A DNA stretch of 64,000 bases, taken from assembly GCA_045863235.1 (NCBI GenBank), contig BTUM01000011.1, forward strand, positions 1 through 64,000, read 5' to 3'. Source of the stretch: Candidatus Xenobia bacterium (lineage in GTDB: Bacteria; Vulcanimicrobiota; Xenobia; Xenobiales; QWHO01). Below are positions 1-11,077 of this stretch, piece by piece; position 1 is the first letter of the stretch; every line of letters begins with the position of its first letter. The notes below the pieces were generated by a model, which was not told where the DNA came from, made no database searches, and saw only the letters and a program-made list of their open reading frames with translations. Position numbers and translations under genes: made by a program.

Positions 1-47
1 ATTTTTCACCTGGGGCGCCATTGCTGGCCGCCTGAGGGCATCATACC

Positions 48-83
48 AGCAGGTCGGGCGTTCGAATCGCCTCCCCGGCTCCA
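48..83 (+). repeat. tRNA 3'-half fragment, left attachment site (attL-like)
   Basis: AGCAGGTC-GGGCG-TTCGAAT-CGCCT-CCCCGGC-T-CCA gives a variable loop, T-arm, acceptor 3' strand and CCA. No D-arm or matching 5' acceptor strand upstream. Repeated at 43656-43690. Confidence 0.85.
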
Positions 84-99
84 GATTTATCGCCGTTTT

Positions 100-125
100 T
101 CGCCTCTCGCTGCAGGGGCGATTTT
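100..125 (+). terminator. Hairpin with T-tract after the tRNA fragment
   Basis: TCGCCTCT...AGGGGCGA stem followed by TTTT. Confidence 0.5.
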
Positions 126-133
126 CGTTTCGG

Positions 134-155
134 GGTACCGGTCGGGTACCAACTC
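134..155 (+). repeat. Putative integrase arm-type site, left copy
   Basis: GGTACCGGTCGGGTACCAACTC, 20/22 identical to 43500-43521, with a tandem GGTACC core. Confidence 0.6.
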
Positions 156-448
156 GGAGGCACTCACGCGATCGTTTTGTGGTCCCCAGCTGGTCCCCGA
201 CGTGGGGGCGGCAGGTTGGGCGAGCTCGGCGGGGTGGGCGCGTCCCTGGAGGTGGGGCAGGCCCCGCGCCGGTAGGGGAAGCTTGTTCGGCCGCCGTTGT
301 GAATAAGTTGGGCGGCCGGTTGCCCCTCATTACGCGGTACCCTCGACCCGGGTCGAGCCTCGTTGGGTATGTAATGAGGGGCACGCTAAGGGCAGGGCGA
401 GCCGAGCGGCTTCAGACAGGGCCTCTAATCCGTAATAAATATATGGTT

Positions 449-2431
<1,983 letters not shown>

Positions 2432-2531
2432 TTTGGGGTCCGAAGGGGGCGGGGGCCAGTTGCACGGTGGGACCAACTCGCCGGTGGGCGAGAGCTCCGT
2501 CGGGGAGGTCCGACGGGGCCTCGTCCTGGCG

Positions 2532-2604
2532 GTTGGGGATTCTATGGAAAACTCGTGGGCGTATTGAATAGGCGGGCCCACGAGTTTACCACAGACTCCC
2601 CAAC
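2532..2604. repeat. Long imperfect inverted repeat (29-bp arms, 3 mismatches)
   Basis: GTTGGGGATTCTATGGAAAACTCGTGGGC (2532-2560) pairs with GCCCACGAGTTTACCACAGACTCCCCAAC (2576-2604). Confidence 0.8.
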
Positions 2605-2846
2605 TACGGGAGCCTCAGCATGGCGTTACAGAGAGGGCCAGACTCAACTAACGGGGGCATCATCAGGGCGAGAGTCTACCGAAGACCAATATTACATAAA
2701 TAAAATGGGGGGGGGACGAAGTGGGCGAAAGCCTCGTCTCCTCCCCTTTAAATTCGTATATAAATTTGGTACTGACGAGACTCGCGCCAACGGTGGGCTT
2801 TGTTATCCGCGGCCCTCTTCTTGTAGCGCTTTGACGAGGCTCCCGT

Positions 2847-2915
2847 GGCTGTGGAGTTGTGGGCTGGTGCCGTACCAGAGTTTTTACGCCGGCAGCAGTC
2901 CACAAATCCACAGCC
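2847..2915. repeat. Long imperfect inverted repeat (26-bp arms, 3 mismatches)
   Basis: GGCTGTGGAGTTGTGGGCTGGTGCCG (2847-2872) pairs with CGGCAGCAGTCCACAAATCCACAGCC (2890-2915). Confidence 0.8.
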
Positions 2916-3174
2916 CGCCTACGGTAAGCTTCCCCTTACCGTTCCCCGGCCAGGTCTCCCTCCCCTCTCACTCCGGTGCTGCCAACAGAAGCGCTGTCCT
3001 GGGCCCGCCCCCCGACTGCACTGCGTTCCAGCCCTGGTGGTTGCCTGGCATCGGGCCGCTGGTCGCCTCGTGATGGGCTCGTAGGGTGGCAGCCAGCACG
3101 AGACCAGCACCGCGAAGACGAATGCCTGGAAACGAATTGTGTTGCGGGCCCTTCCCCAAGGGTGACCAGGCCAC

Positions 3175-4377
3175 TCAGAGACGCGCGCCATAGAGAGCAG
3201 CCTCAAGCCTTTCCGAGGCGGCCCGCTGCATCGTGGGCAGGACGCTTGCGTAGGTATCCAGGGTCAAGACCACCGATGCGTGGCCCAATCTCTCGCTAAT
3301 AACTTTGACATTCTCGCCGGCCGCCAGCAATAGTGTGGCGCATGTGTGGCGAGCAGAATATAAATTGAATTGGCTGGGTAAGCCGGCTTTCTTAAGCAGC
3401 GGCTTGACGTGTCGCCTGAGCAGGTTGCCGCCGTTGAGCGGCTCGCCGAGTTGGTCAGCGAAGACGAAATCGTGTGTGGCGTAGGCGTCGCCCGCGGCTC
3501 TCCGCTCGTCATCCTGGGTTGCCCGGTGCTCTTGCAGCCTGGTGACCAAGCTTGCCGGGATCGCGATCGAGCGGATGCTGGTCGCGGTCTTGGGACGGGC
3601 GAGTGACCAGCCTCGATCGCCGTCCTCGCGCAGCTCGACCCGCCGACGGCTGCGCACGAGCACGCGCTCTATGCGCACGACCCCTACGCTCAGATCGACA
3701 TCGGCCCAGGACAGACCGAGGTATTCCTCGGGGCGCATCCCGGTCATGAAGGCAAAGTGGAAGAGGGTCTCCATCTTGGTGCCAGCGGCGGCAGCCAGGA
3801 AGCGGCCCGCCTGCTCGGCCGTCATGGCCTTGACCTTTCGCCTCTTCTGTTGGCGCGGCAGCTCGACGTCGTGGGCCGGGTTGTAGTTGATCTTTCGCCA
3901 GCGGACGGCTTGCTTGAGGGCACTTGAGATGACCACGTGCAGCTTGCGCACTGTGGCCACCATGGACGAGCGCTCCTGCAGCAACTTCGAGTAGAGGTCC
4001 TGAATATGCATGGGCTGGATCTTGTCCAGCGCCAAGTGGCCCAGGGCTCGGCGGGCGTAGCGGTTCAGCAGTTCCTGGTAGTCCTCGAAGGTGCGAGTCG
4101 CCAACTTGGGGCGGGCAGCGGTCTCCAGCCACATGTCGAGGAAGTTGTTCAGGGTCATGCCTGTGGGCTGGACGAAGCGGCCCATGTCCTGCTCGCGCAG
4201 GACGCCGTTCAGGTAGACCTGGGCCTCTTTCTTGGTGCCGTGAATGGTCTTCTTGTGGCGCTTCTGCTTGCCGTCCTGGTCGCGACCGAGGAAGACCTGC
4301 ACCAGCCAGCGCCCGTCGTCGACCTTCGTGATCGACCCGGTGCGCCGCGTATTCACTTTCTTGGTCTCATCGGCCAT
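3175..4377 (-). CDS. int: Tyrosine recombinase/integrase with N-terminal arm-binding domain
   Basis: Catalytic motifs TGMRPEE, RPKT, YSARHTCAT and RLGHASVVLTLDTY. N-terminal GSITK..GRW..V arm-binding region. Confidence 0.95.
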   Translation of the reverse strand: MADETKKVNTRRTGSITKVDDGRWLVQVFLGRDQDGKQKRHKKTIHGTKKEAQVYLNGVLREQDMGRFVQPTGMTLNNFLDMWLETAARPKLATRTFEDYQELLNRYARRALGHLALDKIQPMHIQDLYSKLLQERSSMVATVRKLHVVISSALKQAVRWRKINYNPAHDVELPRQQKRRKVKAMTAEQAGRFLAAAAGTKMETLFHFAFMTGMRPEEYLGLSWADVDLSVGVVRIERVLVRSRRRVELREDGDRGWSLARPKTATSIRSIAIPASLVTRLQEHRATQDDERRAAGDAYATHDFVFADQLGEPLNGGNLLRRHVKPLLKKAGLPSQFNLYSARHTCATLLLAAGENVKVISERLGHASVVLTLDTYASVLPTMQRAASERLEAALYGARL

Positions 4378-4439
4378 CGGTCAGGCACTCCTCGGGGGTG
4401 TGGGCGCGCACGCTCGATCCGTACGCGCCCGGGAGGGGG

Positions 4440-4652
4440 TCAGTTTTGGTGTCGCCAGCCGGCGTCGAGCGCGGACCCGCCCTGGCGGACCCACTCGCGA
4501 AAGCCCTGCTCCTCGATGCGGACCTGGCGCCCGATGTGGACGGCGGGCAGCAGCTTCTGGCGAATCGCGTCGTAGACCCGAGCCCGGGTCAGTTGGACCA
4601 TGTCGGCGACCTGGTCGACGGTGAAGAAACGGAGGGTGGTGTGGGTCTCCAT
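4440..4652 (-). CDS. xis: Excisionase-type helix-turn-helix protein (70 aa)
   Basis: FTVDQVADMVQLTRARVYDAIRQKLLPAVHIGRQVRI is a typical HTH_17/Xis pattern. Lies directly upstream of int. Confidence 0.85.
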   Translation of the reverse strand: METHTTLRFFTVDQVADMVQLTRARVYDAIRQKLLPAVHIGRQVRIEEQGFREWVRQGGSALDAGWRHQN

Positions 4653-4654
4653 CG

Positions 4655-4942
4655 CTACCTCCCGTTGTTTCCGAGCATGCTCGCGAGACGGAGAACCGGG
4701 GTCTGGCTCTCGGGGTTCTGGACGGCGGCCTCGACGGCGAGGACGTGCGAGCAGGGCTTGGTGCGGCCGCGGTAGCGGAACCAGTTGCAGTCGCACGTCC
4801 AGCGGTAGCCGACGCGGGCCAGCTTATAGGTGTTGTGGTCGCCGATGACCACGGCGGTCGACAGACTCGTGAGGATTGTCCGGTAATCCTCGACCAGGCG
4901 CTTGGCTTTCTGGGGAACGGTTTCATGGGCAGAAGAAGGCAT
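4655..4942 (-). CDS. Small SWIM zinc-finger protein
   Basis: WTCDC...PCSHVLAV fits CxC-x(n)-CxH. GGAG RBS upstream; stop is 2 nt before xis. Confidence 0.75.
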   Translation of the reverse strand: MPSSAHETVPQKAKRLVEDYRTILTSLSTAVVIGDHNTYKLARVGYRWTCDCNWFRYRGRTKPCSHVLAVEAAVQNPESQTPVLRLASMLGNNGR

Positions 4943-5023
4943 GGTGGTACTCCTTGAAAGGGGTGGGGGGGTCCCGGTACCGCTGGAGCCGAGTAGGCTA
5001 TCTAAAACCCGGAGACTCCATTT

Positions 5024-5051
5024 ATTATATTCGACTCTCGGAAAATGTCAA
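5024..5051 (-). promoter_or_regulatory. Sigma70-type promoter for SWIM-xis-int
   Basis: Minus strand TTGACA (5051-5046), 16-nt spacer, TATAAT (5029-5024). Confidence 0.65.
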
Positions 5052-5055
5052 GCCC

Positions 5056-5084
5056 TGGACAGGAAATTTTTTCAGACCTATACT
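5056..5084 (+). promoter_or_regulatory. Sigma70-type promoter for the divergent regulator (probably leaderless)
   Basis: TGGACA-N17-TATACT, ending 6 nt before the GTG at 5091. Confidence 0.55.
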
Positions 5085-5090
5085 GTCACC

Positions 5091-5417
5091 GTGAGCGCGT
5101 CAGATCAGCAGCAGGCAAAGGAAAAGCGGGGGCGTGGTCGTCCTCGTCAGTACCCCGAGGGCGCAGATGGGGCTCCGCAAGTTACCGTGCGCTTCGCGCC
5201 AGACCTGGTCACATGGGTAAAGGATCGGGGCGGAGCCACTTACATCCGTGCCCTGGTGGTCGAAGACCGTGAACGCGCAACCGGCCAGGAGAGACGCTGT
5301 TCCCACTGCAAGAAGGTGATTCTGCCAGGCAGTGATCGAGTCGACGTGCTGATCAGTCGTGAAGGAACGAGTTCATTCCACCTGGAGTGTGCTCTGCCGC
5401 TACTCAAGAAGCGGTAA
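5091..5417 (+). CDS. Small putative DNA-binding regulator (AT-hook-like, RHH-like, Zn-binding tail)
   Basis: KRGRGRPR, QVTVRF..DLVTWV, CSHC...HLEC. Divergent from the xis-int operon. Confidence 0.55.
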   Translation: MSASDQQQAKEKRGRGRPRQYPEGADGAPQVTVRFAPDLVTWVKDRGGATYIRALVVEDRERATGQERRCSHCKKVILPGSDRVDVLISREGTSSFHLECALPLLKKR

Positions 5418-6028
5418 AGGGCAGGAACAACTTCTTCAATTCCTAGGAGGGTCGGCGTGAAGCTATTTTTGGTAGCGGCGGAGGGCGCTCTGATCTGGAA
5501 CGGGGAGCAGTGCCCTGGAAGCTTGGTCCGCTGAAGAAGCCGCGGCGCGGCACGTGGCTTAAGCTGGACGATCACTTTCGCAGGGGATACTCGGTTGAGG
5601 GAGTCAACGTGCTCTCTCCCGATATCCACGAGGAGGCAGATTCCGGATGGCCCAGTCCCACGACAATGCTCGGGCCCTACGTCGTAAAGGAACCGGGGCA
5701 GGTAGACTCCGAAGCGATCGCAGTACAGGTGGACGTGCGGCACTTCCTCACGAGTCACAGAGTGCCACGCCATGTTTCCCCCGATCCGTAAGGCTCCGGG
5801 CCGGACTATTCTTGAATTCTACACAACGACACTTGTTGTCACTCTGGGCATGTAAAATTGGTCCAGCAAGTAAAGGACGCCGCAAAGGAACCGCAGCGGG
5901 ATAGTCTTCATCTCAGTCGCCAGGGCGGATCGATCTTTCCGATGTCTGGAAGAGGACGAACTCAGCCACTGGCAAAGACCAATAACTTTCGATTAGACGC
6001 TAGACGATCAATGCTTTAGGGGGTAGCC

Positions 6029-8005
6029 ATGATCTTAGGTGTAGATTTCGGAACCACGCACTCCTCGATCACCTACTGTGACGAGGGCATGACCGATGCT
6101 GAGGCAGTACCGATCACGCCTGACTTTGACGTCCCCTATAACACTATCATGAGGACCGCGGCCTTCGTTGCACCGACAGGTGAGGTCATCGTTCACGACT
6201 GGAACCAAGTCGTGAATCGCCCAGATTTTGAGCAAGGAGTTGGCCTCAAGAACTTCAAGCCGTACTTGAACCGATGGACGCTGAAAACCATCGAGATGAT
6301 GCCGAGAACGCGTCAGGTCTGGGACGAGCATCTCGAGACCTGGAAGGACGTTTCAGACGGCGCGGAGGCAATTCCGATAAATCCGCCCTACTCATATAAG
6401 GATGTTTTGCAGGGAACGACTGAAGTCTTCCGACGGCTGGTCAAGGGACTTCGCGAACTGGGCAAAGACCCGTCCCGGGCGACCACAATCCTTCTAGGGA
6501 ACCCCGTACGTTTTCAGGGCTTTGCTAGGCGGCGTCTCATGAGAGCCGCTATTGCGGCAGGCTTGGTGGAGAACGGTAAGGATGCTTTCGAGAGGTTGCG
6601 TTTCGTGTATGAGCCCGTTGCTGCAGCCTGCGCCTGCGGCAAGTTGACTTTTGCTCGCCGATCTGTGGAAGCGAAGACGGCGCTTGTGTTTGACTACGGT
6701 GGCGGGACATTGGATCTTGCCTTAATCCGATTTGAGAATGACAAGGGCGTTTTGCAGCCCACCGAGGTCCTCGCGACCGACGTCATACCATGCGCTGGTC
6801 ACCACATCGATCACATCATCCTTGACCATCTCTGTGAAGTGGAGCCCGGTCTTGCGGAAGAGACTGTTCGGCGCGGCTCGGATGGTTTCTGGAGAGTCAT
6901 GCAGCTTGTCGAGTTGGCGAAACATGAGCTCTCCACGAGAGAGACTCATACTATGATTTATGGGCCTGGTAAGTCGATCTCGATTACGCAGGACCAGCTC
7001 AACGCTATTCTCGCGCCCCTGACATCAAGAATCCGAGCCCGGATCAACCGCCTGCTGAAGTCCGTGGAAGCACAACCAGACGTAGTCGTAACAGCTGGTG
7101 GCTCTTCACTCATGCCCGCTATCCAGAACATGCTGAAGGAGCGATTCCAGGACAAAGAGGTTGAAGTTTACGACCCGGCCTTACGCGAGAAAAAGGGTCC
7201 TGTGGAGCAGGCCCTTACGGCTGTATCCCGCGGCCTTTCACTATACGGTTTGCGCAGGGGACTGCGTGAGATAACTGACCGGAGGTTCTTCATTGTAGAC
7301 AGCAAGGATGAATTGGTCACTGTGCTCGACCGCGGAACCCGTTTCAGCGTCGAAGGCGTGGCAACTGGGGGCCCTGTGGAACCTGTCAGTCTCCCTGTGA
7401 ACGCCAAATCTGCAACCCTGTGTCTTTATGAGGACGGACTGGGCGGGCCAGAGCCATTGCTCCAACTCGTCGATTTTCCTGTGACAGGCGAGAATGGAGC
7501 GCAGATCGAGTGCATCTTGCGAAAGGGGGCCTTTGCTCCCGACCTTGCAATTGATGGTAGGCTCCTGCAACTCACCGGTCGCTCCGACAAAGAGTACCGG
7601 GACCTGTTGAGCTCAGACGAAGGAATCGTTCGCTTGGGGGCCAAGCCCGATTCTCCTCGCGTCTGTCAGCACCGCATCGGGAGGGGGGATCAGGTTGTAG
7701 CTGGGACCGATCTCAATGGCGGTTCAGAGGTCGAGGGTGTGATTTCTATGGTTCGTTTCATTACCGACACCGAGGACCTCCAGGTACGCGAAACGGCCTC
7801 GCCCGACCTGCGTCAATATCTCTTCAGGGTTCTTAAAGAAGGATGCGTAACAACCAGCGCCTTCCGGACAACGAGGCCCAAGATGCGAGTAAGACAAAAG
7901 GCTGAGCGTTATCGCAATACCAACCAGGACAACCTCTTCCGCGATCAGATCAATCGATTCCTGGAAGAGACCATCGACGACTCCGACGAGACTGATGAGA
8001 ACTGA
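6029..8005 (+). CDS. Atypical Hsp70/DnaK-family ATPase
   Basis: ILGVDFGTTHS, YEPVAAA, LVFDYGGGTLD, ELAKHELS, AGGSSLMP. The C-terminal region is unlike the canonical DnaK lid. Confidence 0.88.
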   Translation: MILGVDFGTTHSSITYCDEGMTDAEAVPITPDFDVPYNTIMRTAAFVAPTGEVIVHDWNQVVNRPDFEQGVGLKNFKPYLNRWTLKTIEMMPRTRQVWDEHLETWKDVSDGAEAIPINPPYSYKDVLQGTTEVFRRLVKGLRELGKDPSRATTILLGNPVRFQGFARRRLMRAAIAAGLVENGKDAFERLRFVYEPVAAACACGKLTFARRSVEAKTALVFDYGGGTLDLALIRFENDKGVLQPTEVLATDVIPCAGHHIDHIILDHLCEVEPGLAEETVRRGSDGFWRVMQLVELAKHELSTRETHTMIYGPGKSISITQDQLNAILAPLTSRIRARINRLLKSVEAQPDVVVTAGGSSLMPAIQNMLKERFQDKEVEVYDPALREKKGPVEQALTAVSRGLSLYGLRRGLREITDRRFFIVDSKDELVTVLDRGTRFSVEGVATGGPVEPVSLPVNAKSATLCLYEDGLGGPEPLLQLVDFPVTGENGAQIECILRKGAFAPDLAIDGRLLQLTGRSDKEYRDLLSSDEGIVRLGAKPDSPRVCQHRIGRGDQVVAGTDLNGGSEVEGVISMVRFITDTEDLQVRETASPDLRQYLFRVLKEGCVTTSAFRTTRPKMRVRQKAERYRNTNQDNLFRDQINRFLEETIDDSDETDEN

Positions 8006-8021
8006 CGAGACTGACGAGACT
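7985..8021 (+). repeat. 9-bp tandem repeat (GACGAGACT x4, one variant copy)
   Basis: gacgagact gatgagaact gacgagact gacgagact, spanning the Hsp70 stop codon. Confidence 0.75.
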
Positions 8022-8026
8022 TGACT

Positions 8027-11000
8027 ATGATCTCTCCCCCGAGGCTCTGGCCCAATGGCACCCAGCTTCAGGTCCGGGGCACGCCCGAGCGCAAGGGCAT
8101 GGTCATGGAAGCCGAATGCCGTGGAGACAACAAGTGGTACTACCGGATATTCTTTGAGGCGACGAGCATCAAATGGCTGCCGGAAGACGAACTGACCGAG
8201 CCGGCGCAGGGCCACGACCCGTATTCGCTTGCCAATGCGGGGGACTGGGCCGACCCGGATTCCCTGCGCGGTTTCCTGACCATGCGCAAGCTCAGCAACC
8301 CGCTGACCGACGTGCTCTACAGCTACAGTGCCAGCCGCACCGACCTGCTTCCGCACCAGTTCGTGCCTCTGATGAAGCTGCTCGATTCACCTCGACAGAG
8401 ACTCCTGATCGCGGACGAGGTCGGCCTCGGGAAGACCATCGAGGCCGGCCTGATCCTCAGCGAACTCAAAACTCGCAGAAGCGTTCGCCGCGTCCTGGTC
8501 GTCTGTCAGGGCTCACTGCTACTCTCAAAGTGGGTCGAGGAGCTCGGCACGCGTTTTGATGAGCGTTTCGAACGGCTCGATCGGAACCGGCTCCTGGAAT
8601 GTCTCAAGGAACTCGAACGGGATCGCGACCCCGATATTCGCTGGGTGGCCTCGCTTCCGCTGTTGCGCCAGGACGACATCCAGGAGATAATCGAGGAGTC
8701 GGGCTTGCACTTTGACCTGGTGATCGTCGACGAGGCCCACCGAATGCGCAACGCGGGTACGCAAACCAATGAGCTCGGCCAGTTGCTCGGGCGCATCTCG
8801 GATGTGCTCCTCTTCCTTACCGCCACTCCTCTTCATCTGGGGAACGAGGACCTCTACAGCCTGCTCAACATCCTGGACCCTGCCAGCTTCAACGACCTGG
8901 GCTTCTTTCGCGAGCTCATCCGCCCGAACCAGTTCATCAACCAGGCCATTCGAGAGTTGCGAGCCACCGAAAGGCTCGACGGAGTGGCCTCGACGCTGCG
9001 CGAGCTAAGGCGGCTCTCCGGGGCCGAGTGGCTCCACGAGAATCAGAACTTCCGGCTCCTCGAGCAACGAGCCCAACCAGGACGAATCGTGGACGCCAGG
9101 GAGAGGCTTGAGATCGAGCGCTTGCTCACCGGCCTCAATCCTCTCTCCCACATCGTGACCAGAACCTGTCGGCGGGACGTGAACATCGACTTCGCTCTGC
9201 GGCGCCCCACGCGAATTCACGTCACGCTCAAGGACGCCGAGCTCGACTTTCTCCAGGGCGTCGAGAACCTGGCGCGACAGGTCCACCTGCATTCGAGCTT
9301 TGCCACCGGCGCGAGCTTCGCCGTCATCATGCTGCGGCGGCAGGTCGCCAGTTGCCTGCCTGGCATGGTCTGCTATTTGCGGGACATCCTGAGCAATGCG
9401 GAAATAGGTGACGATGAGCTCGATGTCGAGGTCGATGGCGGCGCTTCCGCCGGGGAGAAAAAGACGAGCTTTACCTTGCCGGAATCGCTTCTCCCGGACG
9501 CCTGGAGCCTCCTCACCCAGGGCGAGTCGCTCAAGACCGATACCAAGTTCGACCTCTTCTGGCAGCAGCTGCAGCTCCAGATCGAGGCCGGACAGAAGAA
9601 GGTCGTGGTCTTCTCCTTCTTTCGCCGCACCCTCGCCTACCTCGACGACAGCCTCAGGAGCAAGGGGCTGAAGACCTTCCGCCTCGACGGGAGCGTTCCG
9701 CCCGAGCGAAGAGAGCAGCTCGTGGAAGAGTTCCGAGATACCCCCGACCCGGCCGTGCTGCTATCCTCCGAAGTCGGCGGCGAAGGCCTTGATTTTCAGT
9801 TCGCCTCCGTCATGTTCAACTACGACCTCCCCTGGAATCCGATGGTGGTCGAGCAGCGGATCGGCCGCATCGACCGGTACGGGCAGCAATCGCCCACGAT
9901 TACGATCTTCAACTTCTCGGTGGACGAGACCATCGAGCAGCGCATCTTCGAGGCTCTCTACGAGCGCATCGAGATCTTTGAGCGCGCCATCGGCGATCTT
10001 GAAGGTATTCTCGGGGAACATCTGCACGACCTGACCCGCGATATCTTGAGTTACAAGCTGACGCCGGAGGAAGAGGCCCGGAAAGCCAGGCAGATCGCGG
10101 ATGCGATTGTCAGAGAAAGACAGCAGCTCGAGGAGCTCGAGCAGCAGGCCGCCCGGGTGAACGACGACGGCTACTTCTTCCAGAGAATCCGCGAGGTGAG
10201 CACCGGAACCAAATTCTTGATGCCCGAGGAGCTGCAGTGCTTTGTCGAGGCCTGCATCAAGCGACTCGCACCGGGCACGAAGCTGGTGCCTTCGAAAGAC
10301 TACCCCGGTGCATTCTCCTATCGGGGAGCCGACGAGCTGCGCAAAGAGCTCTTGAAGCTGGACGACGCCCCGCAGTCGCGAAGCGCTTTCGTGCGCGTGG
10401 TGGACGCCATTCCCATGACGCTCAATGCCACCGTGGCGAACCGCCACAAGCGCCTCGAGTTCCTCAACGCCCGCCACCCGGTCATTCAGGCGCTCCAAAG
10501 GCGCGCCGATGCTTTGGGGGACGTCTTTCGGCCGGCTGCGGCTTTCGAATGCCCAACCGACGGAGACGCCGGCGATTACCTATGTTTTTTCCACCTCCTC
10601 TCGGTCGAAGGCTTCCGCAAGGACGTCAGCCTGATCTGCGTCCCCATCTCGATCGAGCCCATCGCAGCCCACTTTGAGCTGGGCGAGAGCATCCTGCAGA
10701 AACTCCAGGCTGGAGAGATCCGACCATGGATCCACCCGCCGAACGTGCGAGGCGTCATCGAGGAAGCCAAGCGAGCGTCATGGGACTACGTCGTCCTCCT
10801 GAATCAGCGCACGCGTCAGGCCATCGCGGATGAAACCGAGCGGTATCTGAGCATCCGGCGCGCTTCCCTGGAGGCCACCTACCAGGCCCAGAGAGCGCAG
10901 GTCGAGAGCCGGCTGAGGAACTCGCGCAATGAGAAGATCAGCCGGATGAATCGTGCCTGGTTGCAGCGCCTGGCCGACGAGCATCAGGCCAAGCTCGAAA

Positions 11001-11077
11001 CGCTGGAGAAGCGCCGCAACATCGTGCCGGAGGACGATCTCCTGGCGATGGCGCTGGTCCGCCTGGTCAAGACCTGA
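8027..11077 (+). CDS. SNF2/RapA-like SF2 helicase
   Basis: LLIADEVGLGKT, DEAH, LTATP, SEVGGEGLDFQ, NYDLPWNP, EQRIGRIDRYGQ. ORF open from TTG at 8021. Confidence 0.92.
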   Translation: MISPPRLWPNGTQLQVRGTPERKGMVMEAECRGDNKWYYRIFFEATSIKWLPEDELTEPAQGHDPYSLANAGDWADPDSLRGFLTMRKLSNPLTDVLYSYSASRTDLLPHQFVPLMKLLDSPRQRLLIADEVGLGKTIEAGLILSELKTRRSVRRVLVVCQGSLLLSKWVEELGTRFDERFERLDRNRLLECLKELERDRDPDIRWVASLPLLRQDDIQEIIEESGLHFDLVIVDEAHRMRNAGTQTNELGQLLGRISDVLLFLTATPLHLGNEDLYSLLNILDPASFNDLGFFRELIRPNQFINQAIRELRATERLDGVASTLRELRRLSGAEWLHENQNFRLLEQRAQPGRIVDARERLEIERLLTGLNPLSHIVTRTCRRDVNIDFALRRPTRIHVTLKDAELDFLQGVENLARQVHLHSSFATGASFAVIMLRRQVASCLPGMVCYLRDILSNAEIGDDELDVEVDGGASAGEKKTSFTLPESLLPDAWSLLTQGESLKTDTKFDLFWQQLQLQIEAGQKKVVVFSFFRRTLAYLDDSLRSKGLKTFRLDGSVPPERREQLVEEFRDTPDPAVLLSSEVGGEGLDFQFASVMFNYDLPWNPMVVEQRIGRIDRYGQQSPTITIFNFSVDETIEQRIFEALYERIEIFERAIGDLEGILGEHLHDLTRDILSYKLTPEEEARKARQIADAIVRERQQLEELEQQAARVNDDGYFFQRIREVSTGTKFLMPEELQCFVEACIKRLAPGTKLVPSKDYPGAFSYRGADELRKELLKLDDAPQSRSAFVRVVDAIPMTLNATVANRHKRLEFLNARHPVIQALQRRADALGDVFRPAAAFECPTDGDAGDYLCFFHLLSVEGFRKDVSLICVPISIEPIAAHFELGESILQKLQAGEIRPWIHPPNVRGVIEEAKRASWDYVVLLNQRTRQAIADETERYLSIRRASLEATYQAQRAQVESRLRNSRNEKISRMNRAWLQRLADEHQAKLETLEKRRNIVPEDDLLAMALVRLVKT

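Noticed and set aside
1..83. Intact tRNA gene (CAT at 42-44 suggests tRNA-Met)
   Set aside because: No 5' acceptor strand complementary to CCCCGGC and no D-arm; only the 3' half is tRNA-like.
2432..3170. Integron attC cassette array
   Set aside because: The hairpins do not flank ORFs or show convincing RYYYAAC/GTTRRRY ends, and the integrase looks phage/ICE-type.
5420..5800. Short ORFs between the regulator and Hsp70
   Set aside because: No clear start, RBS or motif; possibly a gene remnant but not supportable.
6029..8005. Housekeeping dnaK
   Set aside because: Divergent sequence, no canonical substrate-binding lid, no dnaJ/hrcA context, and located in a mobile island.
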